Shown one piece after another: positions 23,711 to 33,569 of a stretch of 64,000 nt of DNA (positions within the stretch are counted from its first letter, which is position 1; every line of letters starts with the position of its first letter). Below the pieces are notes generated by a model. It was not told where the DNA came from and did not search any database. It saw only the letters and a program-made list of their open reading frames with translations. The position numbers and the translations under genes were made by a program. Location: sequence record NZ_CP088995.1. The stretch is one strand, 5' to 3'. Source of the DNA: a plasmid.

Positions 23711-23986
23711 TCACTGCTTGACGCTGGACGGATAGCCGGCGTCTGCGGTGGCCTTGGTCAGCTTCTGTACGCTGGCCTTGGTGTCGTCAAAAGTGACGAC
23801 GGCCTCGCGCTTCTCGAAGCCCACATCGACCTTGCTCACGCCTTCGACCTTGGAGAGCGCTTTCTTGACTGTGATCGGGCAGGCGGCGCAAGTCATGCCG
23901 GGAACCGCTAGCGTGACGGTCTGGGTAGCGGCCCACACCGGGGCAACAGCGGCGGCGAGGGCAAGGGAGGCAAACAGTTTCTTCAT
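23711..23986 (-). CDS. merP: MerP periplasmic mercury-binding protein (91 aa)
   Basis: signal peptide MKKLFASLALAAAVAPVWA and GMTCAACP HMA motif. Confidence 0.9.
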   Translation of the reverse strand: MKKLFASLALAAAVAPVWAATQTVTLAVPGMTCAACPITVKKALSKVEGVSKVDVGFEKREAVVTFDDTKASVQKLTKATADAGYPSSVKQ

Positions 23987-23999
23987 GATGAACTCCTGG

Positions 24000-24350
24000 T
24001 TAATAGAAAAATGGAACGACATAGGGAAATCCAAGCGCGACCAGGACCAGCACGGCCACGATCCAGAAAATCAGCTTGTAGGTGGCGCGCACCTGCGGAA
24101 TCGCGCAGACCTCACCTGGCTTGCATGCCTGCACGGGCCGGTAAATCCGCTTCCAGGCGAAGAACAGCGCCACTAGCGCCGCGCCGATGAACAACGGTCG
24201 ATAGGGTTCCAGCACCGTCAGGTTGCCGATCCAAGCACCGGAGAAGCCCAGGGCGACCAGTACTAGCGGCCCCAGGCAGCAGGTCGATGCAAGAATGGCG
24301 GCCAGCCCGCCGGCGAAGAGCGCACCGCGCCCGTTTTGTGGTTCAGACAT
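24000..24350 (-). CDS. merT: MerT mercury transporter (116 aa)
   Basis: [40 protein letters not shown]... matches Tn21 MerT. Confidence 0.9.
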
Positions 24351-24421
24351 ACGTTGGCCCTTTTGAATTTGGATTGGATAGCGTAACCTTACTTCCGTAC
24401 TCATGTACGGAGTCAAGCGAT

Positions 24422-24856
24422 ATGGAAAATAATTTGGAAAACCTGACCATTGGCGTTTTTGCCAAGGCGGCCGGGGTCAACGTGGAGACAATCCGCTTCT
24501 ATCAGCGCAAGGGCCTGTTGCGGGAACCGGACAAGCCTTACGGCAGCATCCGCCGCTATGGGGAGGCGGACGTGGTTCGGGTGAAATTCGTGAAATCGGC
24601 ACAGCGGCTGGGGTTCAGTCTGGACGAGATTGCCGAGCTGTTGCGGCTCGACGATGGCACCCACTGCGAGGAGGCCAGCAGCCTGGCCGAACACAAGCTC
24701 AAGGACGTGCGCGAGAAGATGGCCGACTTGGCGCGCATGGAAACCGTGCTGTCTGAACTCGTGTGCGCCTGCCATGCACGAAAGGGGAATGTTTCCTGCC
24801 CGTTGATCGCGTCACTACAGGGCGAAGCAGGCCTGGCAAGGTCAGCTATGCCTTAG
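24422..24856 (+). CDS. merR: MerR mercury-responsive regulator (144 aa)
   Basis: [33 protein letters not shown]... HTH plus C-terminal cysteines; divergent from merT. Confidence 0.92.
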
Positions 24857-24870
24857 CGTGCTTTATTTAA
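24854..24870 (+). repeat. Inner 17 bp of the Tn21 IRmer (CTTAGCGTGCTTTATTT), separated from its outer 21 bp by the IS5075-like insertion
   Basis: matches the inner end of GGGGGCACCTCAGAAAACGGAAAATAAAGCACGCTAAG (reverse complement). Confidence 0.8.
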
Positions 24871-26196
24871 TGAGATGGTCACTCCCTCCTTCCCAGTACT
24901 ATGCTGAGGACAGGCTTTCATTCGGAGAACCATCATGGAAAACATTGCGCTTATTGGTATCGATCTGGGTAAGAACTCTTTCCATATTCATTGTCAGGAT
25001 CATCGTGGGAAGGCCGTTTACCGTAAAAATTCACCCGACCAAAGCTAATCGAATTTCTGGCGACATGCCCGGCAACAACCATCGCGATGGAAGCCTGTGG
25101 CGGTTCTCACTTTATGGCACGCAAGCTGGAAGAGTTAGGGCATTTTCCAAAGCTGATATCACCGCAATTTGTCCGCCCATTCGTTAAAAGCAACAAAAAT
25201 GACTTCGTTGATGCTGAAGCTATCTGTGAAGCAGCATCACGTCCATCTATGCGTTTTCGTGCAGCCCAGAACCGAATCTCAGCAGGCAATGCGAGCTCTG
25301 CATCGTGTCCGTGAATCCCTGGTTCAGGATAAGGTGAAAACAACTAATCAGATGCATGCTTTTCTGCTGGAATTTGGTATCAGCGTTCCGCGAGGTGCTG
25401 CCGTTATTAGTCGACTGAGTACCCTTCTTGAGGACAGTAGTTTGCCTCTTTATCTCAGCCAGTTACTGCTGAAATTACAACAGCATTATCACTATCTTGT
25501 TGAGCAGATTAAAGATCTGGAATCTCAGTTGAAACGAAAGTTGGACGAAGATGAGGTTGGACAGCGCTTGCTGAGTATTCCCTGCGTTGGAACGCTGACT
25601 GCCAGTACTATTTCAACTGAGATTGGCGACGGGAAGCAGTACGCCAGCAGCCGTGACTTTGCGGCGGCAACAGGGCTGGTACCCCGACAGTACAGCACGG
25701 GAGGTCGGACGACATTGTTAGGGATTAGCAAGCGGGGCAACAAAAAGATCCGAACTTTGTTGGTTCAGTGTGCCGGGGTATTCATACAAAAACTGGAACA
25801 CCAGTCTGGCAAGTTGGCCGACTGGGTCAGGGAGTTGTTGTGTCGGAAAAGCAACTTTGTCGTCACCTGTGCTCTGGCAAACAAGCTGGCCAGAATAGCC
25901 TCGGGCACTGACGGCGCGACAGCAAACTTACGAAGCATAAAGGCAGAAATACACCAGTTTAAACAATCATTCATCTGGTTTTGCGAATACTGATATTGAT
26001 GATACTAACGGCCCACCGGCCTGTTGAGGAACCTGTAAAACGGAAAGGCTCATTGAAGCCGTATATTTTCTGGAGGTTCATCAGGCGCGGAACTCATCGA
26101 GGCGCGGGAATAAAATCCCATTCAGACGCCGGATAGATTCAAGCAAGCCAACTTGTCGTCAAAATCGGTGTTGCAAAAACGGGAGTGACCATAGAT
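24871..26196 (+). mobile_element. IS5075: IS110-family (IS1111 subgroup) insertion sequence of the IS5075/IS4321 type, 1326 bp, inserted at the characteristic position inside IRmer
   Basis: transposase fragments match IS4321/IS5075 Tnp (MENIALIGIDLGKNSFHIHCQDHRGKAVYRK...); element exactly separates the two parts of IRmer. Confidence 0.75.
24936..25993 (+). pseudogene. IS5075-type transposase, fragmented over at least three frames (ORFs 24858..25187, 25087..25314, 25169..25993)
   Basis: consecutive same-strand ORF fragments together cover an IS110-family transposase. Confidence 0.7.
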
Positions 26197-26217
26197 TCCG
26201 TTTTCTGAGGTGCCCCC
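26197..26217 (+). repeat. Outer 21 bp of IRmer (TCCGTTTTCTGAGGTGCCCCC), the terminus of the Tn21-type mer module
   Basis: seen directly in the sequence. Confidence 0.8.
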
Positions 26218-26505
26218 ATAAAGCCCTGCGCAGCGCGCAGGGTCAGCCTGAATACGCGTTTAATGACCAGCACAGTCGTGATGGCAAGGTCAGAATAGCG
26301 CTGAGGTCTGCCTCGTGAAGAAGGTGTTGCTGACTCATACCAGGCCTGAATAGCTTCATCATCCAGCCAGAAAGTTATGGAGCCACGGTTGATGAGGGCT
26401 TTATTGTAGGTGGGCCAGTTGGTGATTTTGAACTTTTGCTTTGCCACGGAACGGTCTGCGTTGTCGGGAAGATACGTGATCTGATCCTTCAACTCAGCAA
26501 AAGTT
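26218..26505 (-). mobile_element. IS903: 288-bp internal fragment of IS903 (5' part of the transposase gene), truncated on both sides
   Basis: translation ...AKQKFKITNWPTYNKALINRGSITFWLDDEAIQAWYESATPSSRGRPQRYSDLAITTVLVIKRVFRLTLRAAQGF matches IS903 Tnp N-terminus; abuts IRmer and IS1. Confidence 0.75.
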
Positions 26506-26520
26506 GGTAATGACTCCAAT

Positions 26521-27024
26521 TTACTGATAGTGTTTTATGTTCAGATAGTGCCCGATGACTTTGTCATGCAGCTCCACCGATTTTGAGAACGACAGGGACT
26601 TCCTGCCCAGCCTTGCCAGATGCTGTCTCAGATTCAGGTTGTGTCGCTCAATTCGCTGCGTGTAACGCTTACTGATGACGTGCAGTTTTCCCTTCAGACG
26701 TGACTCATACATCGGCCAGCCGTCCGTCATCCATACCACCACGTCAAAAACTGACAGCAGGCTCAGAAGACGCTCCAGTGTGGCCATAGTGCGTTCACCG
26801 AAAACGTGGGCTACCACCGCCCTGCGTATCCTGTCATACGCGTAAAACAGCCAGCGCTGACGTGATTTTGCACCGACGTAGCCCCATTGCTCGTCCATCT
26901 CCGCACAGACAATGACATCACTGCCCGGCTGTATCCGGGAGGTTACTGACTGCGGCCTGAGTTTTTTAAATGGCGCAAAATGGTGTTGAGGCCCACGCCC
27001 ATTAGTCGTGCGGTGGCACGGCAA
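26521..27024 (-). CDS. insB: IS1 InsB (167 aa)
   Basis: translation matches IS1 InsB; overlaps insA as expected for the frameshift fusion. Confidence 0.9.
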   Translation of the reverse strand: MPCHRTTNGRGPQHHFAPFKKLRPQSVTSRIQPGSDVIVCAEMDEQWGYVGAKSRQRWLFYAYDRIRRAVVAHVFGERTMATLERLLSLLSVFDVVVWMTDGWPMYESRLKGKLHVISKRYTQRIERHNLNLRQHLARLGRKSLSFSKSVELHDKVIGHYLNIKHYQ

Positions 27025-27218
27025 CCGACGCCGTTCATAGCCATATCAATGATTTTCTGGTGTGTACCGGGCTGAGAAGCGGCATAAGTGAAGGTGAGCT
27101 GCCATGTTTTACGGCAGTGAGAGCAGAGATAACGTTGATGCCCGGCAGTACTTTTGCCATTACGCATCACGCCTTCAGTAGCGGAACAGGAGGGACAGCA
27201 GACGGAGACTGAAGCCAC
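26943..27218 (-). CDS. insA: IS1 InsA (91 aa)
   Basis: [40 protein letters not shown]... zinc-finger N-terminus. Confidence 0.9.
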   Translation of the reverse strand: MASVSVCCPSCSATEGVMRNGKSTAGHQRYLCSHCRKTWQLTFTYAASQPGTHQKIIDMAMNGVGCRATARLMGVGLNTILRHLKNSGRSQ

Positions 27219-27473
27219 GGGAGCACCTCAAAAACACCATTATACACTAAATCAGCAAGTTGGTAGCATCACCATGTTTTCATACTGGCGTGTATGCCAC
27301 ATTATTAGCATTTTGCGAATAAAAATAACTGGCATAATTGTATTTAATGATAATGTTACATATTGTTAGCCAGGTTCCGGAAAGCGAGAACCGGAACCGC
27401 ACCTGTCCAGCCGGTATTCCCGTCGATGACCCTCGCTTTTTACTGATTTGTGCCCGACTGAGAAGTCGGTAAC

Positions 27474-28496
27474 TCAGTTTCGGAATCGGCGCAGATGAGT
27501 TTCGGGAACAAAATAAATGTTGCCGCGCGCCCGTGAGCATGCCACGTACAGCCTGTTACGGGACGACGGTGGAAGGGTTGCCAGTTCCTGACGGGTCAGA
27601 AGCTTCCAGTGGGAGGATCCCATCACAATGCAGACATCCTGAAAGTGATCGAGCCCTTTACTGGCGCCCCAGTTCATGGAATAGCAGCCGTAACGGTGAT
27701 GTTCACGATAGAAGAGCTTAATCACCGTATTATCGGCGTGCAGGGTGGCTGAGCGCTCTGTATCTGCGATCGTTTCAATCAGGGAGGCATGTATCCCATG
27801 GGCAGCGATACGGATGTTCAGTTGCCCGGTGATAAACTCGCACACTGAAGCTGAGCAACGCCATGTCCGGTTGAGCGTGTCCCGGTCAACCGCGAAACCT
27901 GCTGCGTCGAAGCGGGCCTCATATCGCGTGATGTCGTCGTGCAGCGTTGAATTAACGTTGCCGTCATGGCTTGTATCAAAGGTATGCTGATAAAAATCGC
28001 CGCAACAGAGCACAGTGATTTCCGCGCGGCAGAGCTCCAGCAGAAAATTAAAGTCATGTCCGGCAAAGTCCTGGACTTCATCGACAAGCAGTTCATCATA
28101 GTAACGGGCAAGCCGGATACGGATATCCGGCAGCAACCCCCGGGCTGTCAGTAAATGTGCGAGCCTCCGGTGATACAGCCGTCCGGCGGGATCCTGATAA
28201 TGCCGGGCATTCGTGCGCGGTATTCTGGGTGGGGGCTGGTCGAAGCTCAGGCCACGCGATGCCAGCTGCTCCTGCAGGAAAGGCCGGAAGCAAAAACCGT
28301 GCAGAAACTCAAACCAGGTCATCACCCTGATCCCTTCCGGGATAAAGCCAAAACGTCTGATAATCTGTGCCCGCAGATGCGCTTCATTATTCACGGTGAA
28401 GGTCAGGAGCAGCGTCCTCCTGTCCTCACTCAACCGTCGTATCAGCAGCGTGGTCTTGCCCGAGCCGGCAACCGCAAATATCACTCTCTTATCCAT
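27474..28496 (-). CDS. Compact UvrD/Rep-like superfamily 1 helicase (340 aa), downstream partner of the OLD-family gene
   Basis: Walker A AVAGSGKTT at residues 8-16, motif II DELLVDEVQD, motif III CCGDFYQ, motif VI LYVACSRARGN; 16-bp overlap with the upstream gene. Confidence 0.65.
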   Translation of the reverse strand: MDKRVIFAVAGSGKTTLLIRRLSEDRRTLLLTFTVNNEAHLRAQIIRRFGFIPEGIRVMTWFEFLHGFCFRPFLQEQLASRGLSFDQPPPRIPRTNARHYQDPAGRLYHRRLAHLLTARGLLPDIRIRLARYYDELLVDEVQDFAGHDFNFLLELCRAEITVLCCGDFYQHTFDTSHDGNVNSTLHDDITRYEARFDAAGFAVDRDTLNRTWRCSASVCEFITGQLNIRIAAHGIHASLIETIADTERSATLHADNTVIKLFYREHHRYGCYSMNWGASKGLDHFQDVCIVMGSSHWKLLTRQELATLPPSSRNRLYVACSRARGNIYFVPETHLRRFRN

Positions 28497-30043
28497 GCCA
28501 GTGCCTCCTGAATATAATCAGGTACGGTCAGCTCTCCGGCGTGCAGCTGTAACAGCCGGAATGCTGCTTCTGCCTTATTGGCCAGCATGTATTCCTGCAC
28601 CGTGAGTGTCCGGCGGGGTCCGCGGAAAAGCGTATCACACAGATCAGCGTTATCCTGATACAGGCTGATTTCAAATGTGGATCGGGTGTTATCGCGATCA
28701 GCAAATACCCGGGAGCGGGAACAAATCACGTCAGCATAGCGTTCATCGCAGTTTTGCTGATAGTTGCCGTCATTATCACGAAGGGCCGCGACGCGATTTT
28801 CCAGAAGACGGGCCAGTTCAAGATAACGACGGAAACTCGTTCCGCCGATAGCGATGATGTGAACTCCGTCTTCCTCCGGTGCCCTGCCATACAGGCGGCG
28901 ATAAAAGGCCTCGATCAGAATAAACTCAGCATCCCCCTCCACGAGCAGCACACGTCTGGCCAGCGCAAATTCCAGTACGTTATTATCCGGTGCTTTCATG
29001 AAGAAGGCGGCAGTCTCAGCGGAAAGTTCATTCATCAGTACCGGCCGGGCAGACCCGAGGAGGATTGCCTTACGCAGATCGAGGCGGGAGGAGATATGGC
29101 TGCTGTGTGTGGCAATAAACACCTGCGTCTGCCGTTCAGTGGCAAGCTGATTAACCAGCCTCTTCATACTGACATGGCTGAGATGATTTTCCGGCTCCTC
29201 AAGCAACAGTACGTGGAGCTCTCCCTGCTGCTGATGCCGCTGCAGCGCAAACTCCGTTTTGATGAAGCACTGCCTTCCTTTTCCACGGTGACGAATGGAA
29301 ATACCGTCCTCGGTAATGTCCAGATTCGCCTCAAGCCCTGATTTAGCACCGGAACGCACGCCAAACTGATACGTTTCCAGCGTGTCGTTTATGGCTGACA
29401 GATGCCGGGTGCAGAAGTGCATTTTCTGTTGCCGGTAACTGTTTTCAAGCCGGTACCGATCGGCCACCGGCACATTGACGCTGTAAACTGTGCGCGTATA
29501 TTCCTGTGCGGCGTGCTCGTTATCGATGCGTGCACTGTCTAAGAGCAGATGGCGCAGATAGCGTCTGAAGCTGGCGAAATGACCACCGGAGAAGGTGCTG
29601 AACCGCACGGAATAGTATTCATAGGGAAAATTATCGGGATCCTGCTGTAGTACATTGTGAATATCCTGGCCGTATTCCTCCGTCATTGGTGCAATACGCA
29701 TTCTGAGACCATCCGCATTGATACCCGCCAGATTTTGCCTGCCGTTCAGGTCAGGATCTCCCCCATTACTCAGGAAAACGTCAGCTGTCAGCACGGGTAA
29801 CTGATCGGCGCGGCGCTCACCTTCCTGAAACTGCCTTACTGCTGACTGGGACAGGAGCGATTCCACACCCAATGCCTCGACCCGGTGCCGGCTGTCACTC
29901 AGCACAAGGTCAAGGGCCAGCAGAATCGTGCTTTTCCCGGACTCATTGTCCCCGACCAGAATGTTACGGTCATGAGTGAAGCGCAGGTCCAGTTCCGGAA
30001 ACTTTTTAAAGTTTTGCAGCATAAGCCGCGTGATCAGAGGCAT
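28481..30043 (-). CDS. OLD-family ATP-dependent endonuclease (ABC-type ATPase + TOPRIM), 520 aa; GajA-like
   Basis: Walker A GDNESGKST, ABC signature/Walker B region LLLEEPENHLS, C-terminal TOPRIM-like LLVEGDAEFILIEAF. Confidence 0.7.
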   Translation of the reverse strand: MPLITRLMLQNFKKFPELDLRFTHDRNILVGDNESGKSTILLALDLVLSDSRHRVEALGVESLLSQSAVRQFQEGERRADQLPVLTADVFLSNGGDPDLNGRQNLAGINADGLRMRIAPMTEEYGQDIHNVLQQDPDNFPYEYYSVRFSTFSGGHFASFRRYLRHLLLDSARIDNEHAAQEYTRTVYSVNVPVADRYRLENSYRQQKMHFCTRHLSAINDTLETYQFGVRSGAKSGLEANLDITEDGISIRHRGKGRQCFIKTEFALQRHQQQGELHVLLLEEPENHLSHVSMKRLVNQLATERQTQVFIATHSSHISSRLDLRKAILLGSARPVLMNELSAETAAFFMKAPDNNVLEFALARRVLLVEGDAEFILIEAFYRRLYGRAPEEDGVHIIAIGGTSFRRYLELARLLENRVAALRDNDGNYQQNCDERYADVICSRSRVFADRDNTRSTFEISLYQDNADLCDTLFRGPRRTLTVQEYMLANKAEAAFRLLQLHAGELTVPDYIQEALAWIRE

Positions 30044-30116
30044 CTTTTATTCCTTTATATACCGCTGACTGAAAGAGTGTCCGGCTGCGCCAGACCGCCT
30101 GTTTTGTTTTACAGCG

Positions 30117-30533
30117 TTATCTTACCCAGTCTTCCAGCACAAGACCCGGTACCCGCTCAAATTCCCGCGTATTATTCGTCACCAGCACGGCACCGGCGGC
30201 GATGGCGTGCCCGGCAATGGCCGTGTCGTTCGGGCCGATCGGCGTCCCGGCCATTCGCAGCGCCACCTTAATCTCCGTGGTGGCGTCCACCGCAGCGCGA
30301 TCCCAGGGCAGGATGGCATCGAGGCGGGCGCAGAACGCGTCGACCAGCTCGACGTGGCGCGGGGAGGCCTTCGGGCCGGTGGCCCCGAAGCGCATTTCAG
30401 AATAAGTGATGGCCGAGACAACGATGCGCTGGCCGCGCAGCACCGCCTGCTCCAGGCGCTTCAGGACGGCTTCCGGCTGCTCGCGCATGATGAACGAGCA
30501 GATACAGGTGTCGAGCATATAGGTCTTGTTCAC
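30117..30533 (-). CDS. vapC: PIN-domain toxin VapC
   Basis: MLDTCICSF... with conserved acidic residues and C-terminal VTNNTREFERVPGL typical of VapC. Confidence 0.85.
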   Translation of the reverse strand: MNKTYMLDTCICSFIMREQPEAVLKRLEQAVLRGQRIVVSAITYSEMRFGATGPKASPRHVELVDAFCARLDAILPWDRAAVDATTEIKVALRMAGTPIGPNDTAIAGHAIAAGAVLVTNNTREFERVPGLVLEDWVR

Positions 30534-30763
30534 AGGTTAAATCGTCCTTCGTCGCTGACAACGTCCTCGCGCTCCGCCATAAAGTCCGGGTCTGCCTTCT
30601 CGAACTGCGCGAACGAGCCCCAGGTCGGCCGGACGGGACGCAAAATAATGCTGTCCCCTTCCCGGACGATCTCCAGCTCGCTCACTCCCTCAAAATCCAG
30701 ATCGCGGGGCAGACGAATGGCGCGGTTATTGCCGTTTTTAAAAATGGATACAGTTCTCATCAT
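30530..30763 (-). CDS. vapB: VapB antitoxin (SpoVT/AbrB-type), overlaps vapC by 4 bp
   Basis: MMRTVSIFKNGNNRAIRLPRDLDF... swapped-hairpin DNA-binding N-terminus. Confidence 0.8.
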   Translation of the reverse strand: MMRTVSIFKNGNNRAIRLPRDLDFEGVSELEIVREGDSIILRPVRPTWGSFAQFEKADPDFMAEREDVVSDEGRFNL

Positions 30764-30780
30764 TTCCTCCTGGCCGACCG

Positions 30781-30910
30781 GCCTGTATGACTATGTTCAG
30801 TATATGCAGATGCAAAGCATATGTATAGTCATAGCATATGCAGATGGTAAGTATATGCGTATGCCACACCTATGCAGATGCCCGGCATATGGATATGTTG
30901 AACCTATGTT
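30781..30910. promoter_or_regulatory. Array of short ATGCAGATG/ATATGC-type repeats in the intergenic region between vapB and the RHH-led operon (candidate operator array or divergent promoters)
   Basis: TATATGCAGATGCAAAGCATATGTATAGTCATAGCATATGCAGATGGTAAGTATATGCGTATGCCACACCTATGCAGATGCCCGGCATATGGATATG seen directly in the sequence. Confidence 0.5.
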
Positions 30911-31338
30911 GTATTCTCTCTTTTCCCGGTCAGATCCGAAAAAAGCTAGTTCCGGATCTGCCGGAACGGCTCCGGCGCGCAGCGGCCCGGCAACACAAGA
31001 TGTAGCGGTGTTCCCAGCTGAGGATGACGCTATATGTTGTGTCCCTCCCCTCCCCCGTGACCGGCCGCTCACCACCGGAAAACGCCGCTTTGCTTATTCC
31101 CTGACCGTGGTACACTTCCGGAAAGTTGTTATACGCAAAAAAATCGGATCTGCCGGAAACGGCCATCCGGTAATTTAGCTGCGTGACTGTTTCATGCCTT
31201 ATCACGTGCTGATTTCTTCCTTTGTGTACAAAATGAATCATAACGTATACATTTATTGTTATAGCGGTAAATCAGGCTTCATGTTTACTTCAAAGACCAT
31301 TTACCAGTCCTGAATACGTTTTGCATAAGGAAGGAGTC

Positions 31339-32283
31339 ATGGCGAAGATCCAGGCCAGAAATGTTGACGATGCGCTGTTTGCACGCATTGAGCAGTCAGC
31401 GATGAAAAATGAACGTTCACTCGAAGGGGAGATCCGCCTGGCGCTGGCCAGACAGTATCCTGCCGGGACCACCTCTCCGGAAATCCTCTCCAGCCGGCAA
31501 CAGTGGCAGAAGGAATGTGGCGGGCGTCTGCGCGCCCTGTTTGACCGTCTGTCCGCTGACGGCTTTTTCCCGGGGGCCGGGCAACCCGGGCCGACGCGGA
31601 TCGCCGACCAGGTACGGATAGCTCACCGGTTACATGTTTCCCCGGGACTGCTCCTGGACTGTATCGATGGCGCCGGTGAGTTAACCCGTGAGCTGGCTGA
31701 ACGGATTGAAAGCCGGTTCGGCGCCAGTGCAGACTGGCTGACCACCGGTGACGGGAAGATGTTCCCGCTGGTGATCCTGGGGACGTATTTTGGTGTCAGC
31801 TGGGAGGAGTTTTTCTTCCCGGATGATGATGAAAGGTATGTCTTTGAGTTCATCCGCATCGCCGGTGGGCGCCATGATGGCACCCTGATGATCCTGCGCC
31901 AGCATGAGCAGAACGGCCGTATCACTGCCGGCGTGGTAACAGAGGCGTTTTTCCTTGGTGCCGGTATGGGGCCGGGGGGGTATGTAAACCTGAAAGAATT
32001 TTTGTTGTTCCTCAGACAACACGGCGGGAATCTGGTCATGAATGCGTATGTGTTCTCCCCCCCGGAGCCGGATTTTGATTTCTGGTCAGTCATGGGTCAG
32101 CACCATCCGGTCTGGTTCCGTGACGCCAGACGTCGCTCCCCTTCCCGCTGGCTGCAGCAGGTACTCAGTGGTGAAGATCCGGGCGAATGGTTTGCCGGGG
32201 GATGGTCATCAATACTGAAAGAAGTGGCCGAAGCTACCCCTCCGGATAACGCTACTGAACATACAGAAAAAAATGATGAATGA
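31339..32283 (+). CDS. Multidomain protein: N-terminal Arc/FitA-like ribbon-helix-helix, central XRE-like HTH, C-terminal domain of unknown function (315 aa)
   Basis: MAKIQARNVDDALFARIEQSAMKNERSLEGEIRLALAR (RHH pattern); ...ELAERIESRFGASADWLTTGDG (HTH end); strong RBS AAGGAGG. Confidence 0.6.
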   Translation: MAKIQARNVDDALFARIEQSAMKNERSLEGEIRLALARQYPAGTTSPEILSSRQQWQKECGGRLRALFDRLSADGFFPGAGQPGPTRIADQVRIAHRLHVSPGLLLDCIDGAGELTRELAERIESRFGASADWLTTGDGKMFPLVILGTYFGVSWEEFFFPDDDERYVFEFIRIAGGRHDGTLMILRQHEQNGRITAGVVTEAFFLGAGMGPGGYVNLKEFLLFLRQHGGNLVMNAYVFSPPEPDFDFWSVMGQHHPVWFRDARRRSPSRWLQQVLSGEDPGEWFAGGWSSILKEVAEATPPDNATEHTEKNDE

Positions 32284-32319
32284 TTCGGTGCATCACGGCA
32301 ACGTATAACAGGAAACCAG

Positions 32320-32712
32320 ATGAACAGAACATATGACGAACCAGAGACCGAAACGGACGTGATGGCCGCCGCCTTCCGCACCATACGCAGGTACGGCATG
32401 ACTATCATCACCGCCACGCAGCATATGGATGTTAATGGTTACGTGAAAACTGACCCGCGGATGCCCAGAACGCGGCTGCGCCGCTACCTGGGGCAGTATG
32501 GCCTGCGCGGTGAGGCGCTGAACAGGGAGGTCAGACGTATCGTTGCAGGGCCTGAGCGACGCGACAGTAAGCTGAAGGACGGGATTTACTATACCTGGCC
32601 TTATGGCTGGGAGCCCTGTGATTTTACGCCGATGATGCGCCGTATTTTTCGCGGGAAGCGGACCCGCCATGTGATGATGTCAGATGAAATGCCAGCGCTG
32701 TTTCTCAACTAA
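32320..32712 (+). CDS. Hypothetical basic protein (130 aa), operon member
   Basis: 37 bp after previous gene, same strand; no recognisable motif. Confidence 0.5.
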   Translation: MNRTYDEPETETDVMAAAFRTIRRYGMTIITATQHMDVNGYVKTDPRMPRTRLRRYLGQYGLRGEALNREVRRIVAGPERRDSKLKDGIYYTWPYGWEPCDFTPMMRRIFRGKRTRHVMMSDEMPALFLN

Positions 32713-32736
32713 AGTACTAACGAACAGGCCCAGTCT

Positions 32737-33291
32737 GTGTATAAGCATACTCCCCAAATCAGGTTCGGGATGATAGCGCCCGGACAACATGGCAAGAATC
32801 TGCGGGACATTCCTGAGCAGTGTTTTGATTACGGGTTTGATCGGGAAGATCGCTGGCCGGGGCTGGTTCTGGCCTCTACGGTAACTGTGCCGAACGGTAA
32901 CACCGATGGCTGGCGACTGGCGACGCAGAGTTGTGGTGGATTCAGCTGTAACGAATTTCAGGCCGCGGTTCTGCCCCTGCCAGTTCGCCCGGAGATGCTA
33001 CGGTTTCTTGAAACCGTCGCGGAGGAGGAATTTTCGCCGGCGCCTCTGGATTACTTCAATATGATGGATGCCGCCGATGCCGCAGCAGTTAAAAAAGGGT
33101 TCCTGTCATGTCTTCACCGCGCGGGGCTTTCCTGCAGTGAGCATAATCTGTCACTCCTGACACAGGCGCTTTATCCGGTGGATGCCACAGCGGAAAACAT
33201 GAAGATCCTGGCCGGGAATTGTACTGAACTGGCCGCAATGAAGGTTCCCGGGGGACTGACGATATTTATCGTGGGTCAGAACTGTGATTAA
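32737..33291 (+). CDS. Hypothetical protein (184 aa), operon member
   Basis: 24 bp after previous gene; cysteine-containing, no recognised domain. Confidence 0.5.
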   Translation: MYKHTPQIRFGMIAPGQHGKNLRDIPEQCFDYGFDREDRWPGLVLASTVTVPNGNTDGWRLATQSCGGFSCNEFQAAVLPLPVRPEMLRFLETVAEEEFSPAPLDYFNMMDAADAAAVKKGFLSCLHRAGLSCSEHNLSLLTQALYPVDATAENMKILAGNCTELAAMKVPGGLTIFIVGQNCD

Positions 33292-33336
33292 TTTGAACAC
33301 AAATGAGCCATTCCTGGAGACGGAGGATAACAGTCA

Positions 33337-33540
33337 ATGATGCCGGCATTACCAGGTCCGGGCGTTTCGTTTTCCGCTGCGCAGCTGCCGATGATGACGA
33401 CCCTGAGCGCCAGTGACGGCTGTCACCTGTATTTTGAGCAGGGCACACTGGTGTGGATCGAGGTTTACTCGCAGGGCGACAAGCGCTGGCCGTTTTATGG
33501 CAGACCAGAACTGACGGGAATTACCCATTCATCCACGTAA
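33337..33540 (+). CDS. Small hypothetical protein (67 aa), operon member
   Basis: preceded by GGAGACGGAGG RBS. Confidence 0.4.
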   Translation: MMPALPGPGVSFSAAQLPMMTTLSASDGCHLYFEQGTLVWIEVYSQGDKRWPFYGRPELTGITHSST

Positions 33541-33569
33541 CAGTTACGCAACGGGACAAAGAGACCGGT

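Larger units (their letters stand above)
26506..27271 (-). mobile_element. IS1: IS1 (766 bp by my count)
   Basis: ends GGTAATGACTCCAA... and ...GGTGATGCTACCAACTTGCTGATTTAGTGTAT (reverse complement); insA and insB present. Confidence 0.9.

Noticed and set aside
27272-27473. Possible additional IS903 or IS1 end sequence downstream of IS1
   Set aside because: No IS903 terminal repeat (GGCTTTGTTGAATAAATC) or further IS1 IR is present. This is just an AT-rich spacer with a GGTTCCGG...CCGGAACC hairpin, probably a terminator for the helicase operon.
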